Source: Octopus sinensis (lineage: Eukaryota). From it: a stretch of DNA of 64,000 bases. The stretch covers positions 55,676,001 to 55,740,000 of the forward strand of contig NC_043001.1 of assembly GCF_006345805.1 (NCBI RefSeq). Reading direction: 5' to 3'. Under the pieces are notes generated by a model. It ran no database searches and was not told the origin of the DNA. It saw only the letters and a program-made list of their open reading frames with translations. Shown here piece after piece: positions 53,082 through 64,000 of this stretch. The first letter of the stretch is position 1, and every line of letters begins with the position of its first letter. The position numbers and the translations under genes are program-made.

Positions 53082-53274
53082 AATACCATTAACCCCTCTC
53101 ACTATGACTTCCACAAGTGCTACTACTACTACTATTACAACAACAACCCTGTATCACCACCACCACCATCCAATAAATACCATTACCCCCTCCCACTATG
53201 ACCTCCACAAGTGCTATTACTACTACTACTACTACTTACTACTACTACTACAACAACAACCCTGTATCACCACC
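53082..53274. repeat. ~94-bp tandem duplication within a CAC/TAC/CAA low-complexity region
   Basis: aataccatta...cactatgac..ccacaagtgct...caacaaccctgtatcaccacc occurs twice. Confidence 0.85.
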
Positions 53275-53545
53275 ATGTCCACCACCACCACTTTCATCTA
53301 CCACCACTGTTGTTGCTACTACTATATTCTACACCACTACCACTACCAACAACAACAACAACAACAACATCAACAAAAAACAGCAACAGCGATAACAACA
53401 ACAACTACAAAAAAGCTGGCAGCCTGTTCTATCATTCACAGGAAATCACTGCAAGATACACAAGTTAAAGTGTTGTTCTCTTTCGCTTTGTTTCCACTTA
53501 TTGTTTACCCAATCCTTCCTTCACAATCATTATCATCATCATTCT

Positions 53546-53577
<32 letters not shown>

Positions 53578-53801
53578 TCGCCATGACTATCCATTATTTA
53601 TATATTTCTCTGTAAAGAAGCCTAGAATTGGTGTGCATCTCTTTAAGGCAAAACACACCAGTTTTCGGAATGGAATCACAGAAAGGCAGAAGAAGACAAC
53701 AAGACAATTACAGGAACAAAACTGATAGAATTTCAAATGACAATTGTATAGCACAAAGAATAAAAATAATAAAAGTAAAATAAAATAAGACAGTGCATAT
53801 G

Positions 53802-53844
<43 letters not shown>

Positions 53845-55521
53845 ATGAAATGAAAAAAAAAAGAAAAAAGGAAAGAGGAAGAGAAAACTACAAACAAAGA
53901 AAAGACACAGACAGAAAAAGAATCAGAGTAGCAGAAAAGCAGAATGGAAACAATGAGTTGTATTAGATGTAAGGATATTGACGTCGGAGCTGTGAGCAGC
54001 TATGTGAGCACTAATTGCATATTGAAGAGACCACAAAAGTGTGGTAGATTCTTCAAGAGGAACAATGGCTTTAAAACATCCAAGTAGATGCAATTTGTTG
54101 TCATGTTGTAGTAGCAACAGCAGAAGCAAGTTGTATGAGCTATCAATGAAAACCAGCAGCAGCAGCAGTACAAGTACCAATCGCACTAGCAGATATATGC
54201 ACGTGAGTGTGTGTGTTTTGCAGATGCAGGTATGGTTATGTGGTTAAGAAGTCTTCTTTGCAAACCATGTGGTTCTAAGTTTGATCCCATTATGTAGGAT
54301 GCCCTGGGTGAGTAGCACATTGGGCAAACATTTTCTACAGCTCCAGACTGACCAATACATTGTGAGAGAATCTGGTAAACAGAAACTCTCCAGAAGCCGT
54401 GTGTGTTATGTCTACATGTACTCCATATGCACAGAGTTTCTCAGGAATTTTGAATGAAGTTCTTCATTCATTTAAGCGAAAAGGGAAAAACAAGAAAAAT
54501 ACTTTTTAAGTTCAATTACTGTTCTTTCAGTTCATAAAAATTCCTTTTATTACTAGTACTCATTATGTAAAGAGATTCATTAACCATAGATTAATTACAA
54601 ACGATTACACTAATCTATTACAAATGACTACGTTTTAGACATACATATGTGTAAACTTTAACTCAGCTGCCAGTAGTACAAGCACTGGAAATGCATCACA
54701 TGTTGGGATGGTATAGATGCTCTAAACACAGTTCTTATCAGCATCCAGCCCCACTTCCAGCCACTAAAATGGATGATTGTTTCCTCTGTTTGTTGCTTCT
54801 ATTATTACTACAACAGTGTTTTCACTGAAAAAAGAAGCCATATTTCCCTTCTCTTCAAAGACAAGATGCACTGACCCGTCTCTTCTCATTTCTACTTTAT
54901 CTGTCCCACAAATCCCAAACTAAGCACTTCATACAATTTCACCCATTCTTCCCCAGGATCTTACGCTTTGTAACTCTCTACCTTGCATACTCGTTCCTCC
55001 CACAAAATCTCCTCCAAATTAATCCTATTACCTTAAAAAGAAAAGGAACATGGAATAATATAACCTATAGAAAAAGACAGAATGGTCATAGCTGGAGTGC
55101 CTTTGTTCATAGGTAGGTTTTTCTGGAATGACTCAGGTTCAAAGATAGTAATAAAGTGTTCATGCTGAAGAGGACCAACTGCATTGACCTTACTTGTCTC
55201 CTCTTAGTTGTTAGATGCAGAGTTTTATGAGATCACATGAAATAAACAGCATGCAGCCCAATCAACCACCAATGGATACTCTAAAATGTTTTAGAAAAAT
55301 CTAATCCTTCACACCACTAGCTCTATCCAAATCACAAACCAGACTGTTTACACACATACCTCTGCATTATATACTTAACACACAAAATGCATGATAGCTT
55401 CAACAACAAAATAAACCTCCTATATGTATCATTGTAACTACCACTGACATCAGCACAGGTTTTTTTAAATCCATTCCTCACTATCTACTCATACCAAAAA
55501 GTTTCAAAGAAAAAAAAAATC

Positions 55522-55915
55522 ATGGCTGTGCAGTAAGAAGCTTGCTTCCCAACCACATGGCTCTGGGTTTAGTCCTACTGCATGGCACCATGGGCAAGTG
55601 TCTTCTACAATATATAGCATTGAGAGTGGATTTGGTAGACAGAAACTGAAAGAAGCCTGTCATACATATATATATATACATATATGTGTGTGTGTATGTG
55701 TTCTTTCACCATCACCACCATTGCTTGACAACTGGTGCTGGTGTTTTTACATTCCTGTAACTTAGCAGTTCTGCAAAAGAGACTGATAGAAGTACCAGGC
55801 TTTAAAAAAAAATGAATAAGTACTGGGATCAATTCATTTGACTTAAAAAATTCTCTAAGGCAGTTCTCCAGCATAGTCACAGTCTAATGACCAAAACAAG
55901 TCAAAGATAAAAGAC
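55522..55915 (+). mobile_element. SINE family S1
   Basis: atggctgtgcagtaagaagcttgcttcc ... gtctaatgaccaaaacaag. Further head-only copies at 32995, 45745, 47362, 48345, 54225, 57900 and 63822. Confidence 0.85.
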
Positions 55916-56865
55916 AAAAACATGGAGCAATCACACATGTTTGGTCAACAGAGAGAAACAACAACTGTGTACAAACAATACATTATTTCTATTATGGATT
56001 ATGCCAATTCTATTAACCAGCCCAATCTCTCCATAATAGATTACTAACAACACAAGATAGCGCCCTCTGCATCGTAACAAATTCTACATAGACCAAATCC
56101 ACAGACCACCTGCACTACAAAGCCAAAAATGGAAAAACACTTGGACATGCGAGAACACAGTTTTAAGAAACGACAGAAAAGTCTGTGTAGTGTAGAAGAA
56201 TAACAGGAAATATGTATTTCCCTGATGAAGAATTTATAAGGGACCAACACCTTACCCGTTGATCTCAACATATATCTCCATGACTTTACCACACCTCCAC
56301 AAAATATATAGTAACAACACCATAAGTATGATATCACACTCACCTCCTCTCATCATTCTGTAGACAACACAACACATCTACTCCAACTCTGCTTAAATCG
56401 TTTAGAAACCTGGCTTCACAGTGGCAGACTGTAAGTAGCACCTATCAACTCCATAATTTTCCTTCTTCACAGCAGCACATCAAATATTACTAACCATCAG
56501 AGTCAGCAACGTAGACCTACCACTACTTCACAAAATTCACAACACACATAGAAAGTGGTTAAGAAAGTGTGTGCATACGTGTGTATATATATATGTATAT
56601 TTATATATAAAATGGCCTTTCCAATTGGTTTCGATGCATGAGGATCAGACAACTTGCACTTTCTTAGTCAGTCATAATGCTATATCGAATGTGACATCCA
56701 AGTCCCGCCAACGATTTGCAACGAAGTCAGCAGATGTTGCAAGCATGAGGATTACGGGTCAGCGCAGGCAGTATACTTGCAGCTGCTTTTTTCCTTTGCT
56801 TTACATCCCTTAGCCTGTTAATGCTGGATGAAACAAAGTCTCTTATACCATATATACATACTTAC

Positions 56866-56898
<33 letters not shown>

Positions 56899-59800
56899 TC
56901 ACACACTTACACAAACGCACAGCCTTTATTAAATGAGCTAACAAGAAAGCTTCTACATTCTATTTGATGTTTGACCTGCAAGAAGAAATTGCTGACAAAT
57001 CTTCCTCCAATCATACCTACTATCTTAATAAAGGACACACTCCCTAACATAGGGAACTGATGTTATAGTTATAGCTGGAATGCTGTTGGTCACAGGTCTG
57101 CATGACCAGAAAGGACCTGAGATTTAAAAAAAAAAAAAAAAAAAAAAAAACCAACACAACAAGCTTACTTAAATACAGAATCTGATACCCTTGTTTTTAC
57201 ATAGCAGTGTAGGTACAACAGTGTAATACCTAAATAGATATCATGATAAACAACTAGATATTCAATAAAATAAATAAGCACTGAACCAGCTATTTGCCAC
57301 TCACACTTCGATTAATGTTATCTTCAAAACACAAATGGAGATCAGAAATTGCATTTTTACAACATGCCACGTGCCACTTTCAGTGTTAAAATTGCTATGG
57401 ATTGATTTGGGCATATGAAAAATTGCATAGAGCATGACCAATAAATAAAAGGCAAGAAAGAGAAAAAAAATAATAATAAAAGGTAAAAATGAATAGCAAA
57501 AGGAGAAGAACTAGAAAAGTCAAAGCACAAATTATGTGTAAATATATATATAATGTGTACATGTAATTATATACATGTATGTGAATATATATATATATAT
57601 ATATACATACATATACATATGTGTGTGTGTGTATATAAGGATTATGTATGCATAGACACAGGCACATGCACACAAGCATGTATGTTTAACAGTAGGAAAG
57701 TTTCCTTGATGCATCAAACCAAATCGACATAAGCAAATATAAACACAATAACCCAATAAACCAGCTAGGAGAGGATAAAGCCTCAGAGAAATAACATTCA
57801 ATACTCCATCCAGCAGCAAAAGGCTGTATAGTATACGTTTTATATAGATGCAAAATAAAAAAATATATATTTACACGCACACACACAGAGGCACACATGT
57901 ATGACGGGCTTCTTTCAGTCTCCATCTACAAAATCAACTCACAAGGCTTTAGCTGACAAAGTGGGATTGAACCTGAAACCATATGGCTGTGAGGCAAACT
58001 TCTTAACCACACAGCCACACCTGTGGCTGGGAGAGAGGGATAGATGGTTAGACATATATACATACATACATACATACATACAGACAGATAGACAGATGTA
58101 TGAGTTTTTGTATACATTTAGTCTGTGAATAGTACCCATGCTACAAATATACTCTCACGACATCCCTAAAAGTGCTAAATATTAATTCAGGATTATGAGA
58201 GAATATTGTTGCAGAGAGATCTCTCTATCTAGTGCAATCTCATAATGAAAAGATGCAATAGTGCACAAGCAGGCCCAGAGCAGAGAAGCTAGTGTATGAG
58301 GGAACTAAGAAAATTCAAAGAAGCAAGCTCTTCAATGCATCCCTGATGGAATGGTCATCATATCTATGAATGGTCGAATGAGGATATAAGTATGTGTGTC
58401 TTTATATACACTATGTGTATGTGTGTAGTTTTTTACATCATTATTAGTCTACCATGGGGTGAACACCGGATATTTCAGGTCTTGCAATATGCACCCACAT
58501 TTGAAGAACTAATCAAAGTTGATCAAACTTCAGCCTGTATACAAGAGGTATTCTACTCACTCCACTGAGCACGGCCTTTTAGCCCAAATCATCCAGATGG
58601 CTTCTCTGCAAACCACCTTTGTTGTTGATCATGCTTCACATTCTACAAGGAAAACCTACAAACTGTTGACCTCCACAGCCAATACATCTGACCCTCCACT
58701 CATACTTTTTGTAGCCCTTCACCAATTCTTGGCATTTTACACTTCTCCCCTCATGTATCTACACCATCTTCACTTCCAAGGGCATTGTTTGTTCCAGCAA
58801 AATATATGAGAGTGGTGAATGTATACATGTTGCATGCATGTATATATTTGAATGTGTATGCACACGCATACATGCAAGTGAGCGAAAATTCAATAAAATT
58901 GCTCAGCATGTCAGAGACATTAGAACAAGGAGTAGTTTCCATGCTTCTCACAATCAGTACTACAACAATAATAAAGATTATTGATAACCTTGTAAGAGAA
59001 TTGCTCTTATTGATGGAGTAAAGGATGGATGGATGGATGGATGGATGGATGGATGGCTAAACAATAACATATAATGCAAAAAACAAACATTCAGCTATAA
59101 ATAAACAGAACAAAAACTACAATAGTGTTCATAATAGCATGGCTGACACTGAACAATGAGAACAATGAGTTCAGCAGATACGGTTGGTATTGGTAAATGA
59201 CTGCAAAGCCTGTTTTGCAATGTATTAACACAGCGCAGGATAACAGAAGACTGCTTGAGCTAGCATGGAGCCTGTATGTGAAGTTTGATCTGCTAAAAAT
59301 AGCATTCACATCTCCCTTAAATCACATGCTGCTGTCTTGTTAAACAAGCTAATTAATAGACACTGTGGTTTAAAATATACATAAAGAAAAAAATGGTCGC
59401 AGATGAATGCCTTTGAACATGGTCTGCTCAGTCAGGTCTGACTCAGGGTTAAACAACAACAACAGATACATTTAATACTGTAGTCCTGGATACATAATGC
59501 TTGAGAAAAGGAAAAGGTGGGTTGGTGATAGCTAGAAAATCATGGATTATATGTTTATTTGACCAAGCTGACCAATGGTTACACAACAGCGACAACTAAT
59601 CTAATGAGCTAATGAACAAGCCCCTATAAAGTTGATTGATCTGCTAGAAATAGCAGCCAAATGTATTCTAAATAATACTCTACTAATGAAAATGAAGAAA
59701 ATATTGAATGCATTCCTATATTATTCCAAGATACAATGCAGAAAAAAAAATGGGGATGGTCATTGCTGTAACAATGCTCAATCAAAGGTCACCTTGGACT

Positions 59801-59944
59801 AAACAACAACTACAACAGAAGAACCCACATTTTTATCATTGTTAGAGCAGTGATTTGGTAGGATCATAAGAGCATTGGATAAAGAACCCTTGTTATTTCT
59901 AGCAGGTTGTGTGACCATGTAGCACCTGCATTGGGTCTGCAAGT

Positions 59945-60189
59945 ATTATTTTAAGGGTTTATGAGAAAAATTTTGCTTCACATGTATTTATTGCAAGTAA
60001 TAGCTAAGTTTCTTTCTCAGATGTTTTACATAGTTCAATCTACATGAGTGAATGTGTAATGAACAAAATAGGAATTTTGAAAGAAGGTTCTATAAAACTA
60101 GTTTTAAACATCATATGGCTCTGAGAGTTCAGCAGAATAAAATAATAACCAAAGGGGTCCATAGATTAAAAAATGGTAGAGAACCACTG
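59945..60189 (-). mobile_element. hAT/Charlie-like non-autonomous element, partial
   Basis: Terminal CAGTGGTTCTC on the minus strand; homologous to 10792-11020. Confidence 0.7.
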
Positions 60190-60780
60190 AATAGCATGAT
60201 CTAATGTTTTCTTACCTAGTATGGTATGGTGTGGTTTGAGGGAGATTTTGTTGCCATGTTTATCAGAATAACCAATTATGTAGACAGTATTTTGTTAGCT
60301 TGTACACCGGTGTGTATATGCATATGTGAGTATGAACAATTGTCTTTATGTTTGTGAATGAAAAGATATATGATTAGGTAAAGGTATGTGTGAAAAAGTG
60401 CGTGCGTGTCTGAGTAGCTGAGTGTAGAATGACTAAGTCAAGTCAAGAATGCCTTTGAATGTGATGGTTGGTGTCTATATATGCAAGTTCATGAAATGAG
60501 GCTCTCAAGTTTATGTAACAGTATGTGTATATTTGTTTAGTAATGAGTATATTTGTTTAACGGTGTGTATATATTTGTGCAAATCTATATGTAAATGCAT
60601 TTATATAATAAATGTATTTGTGTAAAGGCATGCATGAATGTGAGGTAATTGTATAAAGACATAATAGGATATACACATGTTTATATAAACCTAAGTATGT
60701 ATATTTCTTGTATATATAAGTATATTTCTGTAAGAGGTATATAAGTGAATGAAATTCCAATTTTACAATATTACTTCCTA

Positions 60781-60918
60781 CAATAACACAAGTACTTTCA
60801 TGTTTTTTGCAATCTTCACAACTGATACAGTTGCCAATTGTGAAGCACAACAGTCTCTGAAAGCTGTTGCAACATAAACCTGAAGACTGCAGAAAGCATA
60901 AAAGTACTTGTATTATTG
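60781..60918. mobile_element. 138-bp foldback element, putative TA-target MITE
   Basis: 38-bp arms (60781-60818 versus 60881-60918) are 33/38 identical. Left flank TA, right flank CA. Confidence 0.6.
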
Positions 60919-61032
60919 CAATATGTAATACAATATAAAGCAGAAAAATAAAATACAAAAACCAGACTATGCTAGAACTTCATTGACATCATCATCATTA
61001 TCATATCTATCTATCTATCTATCTATCTATCT

Positions 61033-61602
61033 GAGGAGTACCTGACCCGCCTGTTCGGGACGACTTTCGGGCCAGGGCCCATGGACAACTTCCAGAGATC
61101 CCTGGCCTGGCAGTGCTACCGAGAAGCGCTACCCGTTCGGGATAAGCTCTACAGACACGGCTCGAGAAACACGGGGCCGACCTGCCCGAGATGCGGTCAG
61201 AGCGACGAAACCGTTCTGCACGCACTCGTTCAGTGTCCAACAATTTCCGACCTGTGGGCTTATGTCGAACAACTGCTGTCACGTGTGGGACGAGTCGGTT
61301 TATCAGCTGAGTCTATCGTCAATATTGTCACGCCTCCTTCCTTCAAACGGGAAGGAAGAGCTATTTTCATCATCCTTGTGGCTATGGCGAAAGAATGTAT
61401 CTGGTGGACGCGTCTGAAAGGATTGGAGACAAACACTTTCCTCTCTGGTCAATCTCTCATCAACTTCTTCAAGTACCACTTGAAAAGGAAAGTGAGAGTA
61501 GAGAGGCAAGTTTTGTCTAGCGAATGTTTTAAAAAAAGATGGGTGAATGTAGCAAGAATGGCACGTATGAATGACGAAGCCACCTTGAGCATAGTCCTAT
61601 GA
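61033..61602 (+). pseudogene. ORF2 C-terminal fragment with zinc-binding (zf-RVT-like) motif
   Basis: Frame is open from the 5' junction (EEYLTRLFG...) through LAWQCYREALPVRDKL and CPRC-x8-H-x4-C (CPRCGQSDETVLHALVQC) to the stop. RT and endonuclease domains are absent. Confidence 0.85.
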
Positions 61603-62000
61603 ACCCAGAAATCGAAAACAGAGAGTTGCTTATTTGCAAAAAAAAAAAAAAAAAAGAAATATAAAATGTGACTTCATTGACCGAGGTTACCGTGGTCTTT
61701 TCCGCAGGCTTTTCTTTCCACGGGTAAACCTCACCTGTCCTCCCCTTTACACTTCATATTGACATTTCTGTGATAACGATCCCTATTGATCATTTTTCTT
61801 TCCTCTCCCCCCCCCCTTTTTTTTTTTTTTTTTTTTTTAACCCCCCTTATTTTTGTCCTCTTCCTCTCCTTTTACGATCCCTTTGATCGAACCTCCCCCT
61901 TCCTTTTTTTTCTTTTTTTTTTTTTTAATACCTTCAAAAGAAAAGCTCTACCTTGTAATTTGTTCTATCTGTGTGCAGCCCTGTGTGGCTAATAAAGAAA
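61033..62000 (+). mobile_element. 5'-truncated Tx1/L1-clade non-LTR retrotransposon with target-site duplication
   Basis: Uninterrupted ORF2 C-terminus, pyrimidine-rich 3'UTR and AATAAA at 61991. CATATCTATCTATCT... is present at both 61002 and 62001. Confidence 0.85.
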
Positions 62001-62212
<212 letters not shown>

Positions 62213-63245
62213 ATACTGATTTTAAAACTACTTACCATGCTACCATGGTGTAGAAGGTTCAGCAGAATCCTGTAACTCTAAGGAGCAAGTACATTTTGCT
62301 CCAATATGGGCAAACTTTCTATGATAGATGCCCCTCTTAATGCCAATAGCTTTGCTGTGTGTACAGGGCACTCTTTTTCGTGTGGTACGAGCACTATTGA
62401 GGTTACCTTGTAGAATGCAAGATTAAAGATCTCTCTCAACTGAGGAGAATTGAGAGGGAAGGTGGCATGATCCAAGTTGTTGAGAGGTTCAAATAAGATG
62501 GGAGAAACAGGTTTGTTTTCATGGAGGAAGTTCATTACCACCAAACATTACATACAGGTATAAAGGGATGCCAGCTAAAGAGCTTAAAAATGGTGTTAAG
62601 GAATTACCCTTATAGTAACAACCCTAAGAAAGAGGGTATATGACAACAAAAGATTCAGGATGGATGGATGAAGATTGCAGGAGCATGCAGGTGGGGGGAG
62701 GTAGATGGATAGGAATATAAATATGTTTCAATAAGAGTATGTATATGCATAAAAGCCTATATATGTAAAGTTATCAGTAAAATATACATAAAAAAGTTTT
62801 ATTAGAAGAGTATATATCTATATACTGCATGAAATTTTTTATTCATTTGTGTAAAATCATACAGCGATGTATGTGTGTGTAGTGAAGATTTCTTTCTTCC
62901 AAAACCTTAAGATATATCAAAGAAGATTTTCTATTTTTCCAATTGTCATTAAAATCTTTAAAGCTTCAATCATCCTTCTCTCACTCATTCTTTTCTCCCT
63001 CTCATTATTTGACACAAAACTCACTTATATGCATACACAGTGCTTATATATATGGATCAGGAATTGATCTGCATGTATGCATACACATGCAAACATACAC
63101 ACACATGTGTATTTGTATATATATATATATATGCACATACACATCTATATAGACATATACATATCTATTTACTTACATAAATTTATATATATGCATGTAT
63201 ATATTTTACATACATATATTTCTCTCTCTCTCTCTCTCTCCTCTA

Positions 63246-63281
<36 letters not shown>

Positions 63282-64000
63282 CATGTATAAATATATTTGC
63301 ATGTATATTTAGATATTATCATCATCATCGTTTTTAACATTCATTTTTCCATGCTTGCATGGGTTACACAGAATTCATTGAGATAGTTTCTGTGGCCATA
63401 TACCCTACCTGTACCCAAATCTAACCCGTTTCCAAGCAAGGTAATAATAGCACCCAGGTTTGTTGAACATTGACACAGACCAGACCCATTTTTGTATGAC
63501 CCTCTTTCGCTAACAAACATCATGAAGAAGATGCGGACATTTCAAGAAGCCAGGAAATGATTTCATGGCTATAAACACATGGTATCTCCTGTACTTGAGT
63601 GCAGGGATGTTGCTTTGTTTGCAGAGACTGAACTTGCAGAGGAGGAGATCAAACACGGGCATGAACAGAGATACCCACACATATATAAACATGTATACAG
63701 ATACACAAATATATGCATGCACATACATACACACCCACCCACATATATACATACACATACACACATATATACATATATCACAAATATAATTACACATACA
63801 CACACGCACACATGTATAACAGACTTCTTCAGTTTCTGTCTACCAATTTTACTCACAAGGTATTGATTGACCAAGGGTTATAGTACAGAGCATTAGCCAA
63901 CAACATTCATACAGTGGGATTGAAACCCTAATGACATGGTTTCAGAGTTACCTTCTTAACCACCTAACCATGTTGTGTGTGTGTATATTCTTTTATTCTT

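Noticed and set aside
53979-53986. CRE-like site TGACGTCG in unique sequence
   Set aside because: A single imperfect 8-mer is expected by chance in 64 kb.
55980-56540. Possible Penelope GIY-YIG remnant (NKFYIDQIHRP) and a nearby ctgatga motif
   Set aside because: Too degraded to support, and no matching GAAA core or stem for a hammerhead.

Overview
This is AT-rich, microsatellite-saturated eukaryotic DNA. The tRNA-headed SINE families and repeat style look like an octopod (Octopus) genome; that is recognition, not a database result. Almost all listed ORFs are microsatellite or transposon artefacts. I find one credible host exon, absent from the ORF track: minus strand 31202-31329, with strong splice sites, a start codon and a 22-aa signal-peptide-like sequence ending in a phase-1 intron. 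Most of the window is therefore probably large introns of a secreted or membrane protein gene that I cannot name. The rest is layered transposon debris: four or more SINE families, two TTAA/piggyBac-type MITE families, three decayed Tc1/mariner transposases (one with DD46D spacing), hAT and mariner MITEs, a young non-autonomous Helitron, Penelope, R4/Dong and RTE fragments, and a young 5'-truncated Tx1/L1-type LINE at the edge of a (CTAT)n tract. I see no clearly new biological system. The best leads are the signal-peptide exon with an overlapping uORF, a multi-junction templated insertion, the possibly microsatellite-targeted LINE, a transposon-borne heat-shock-element array, and hammerhead-like or hairpin elements. 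Repeat boundaries are approximate unless a TSD is cited.
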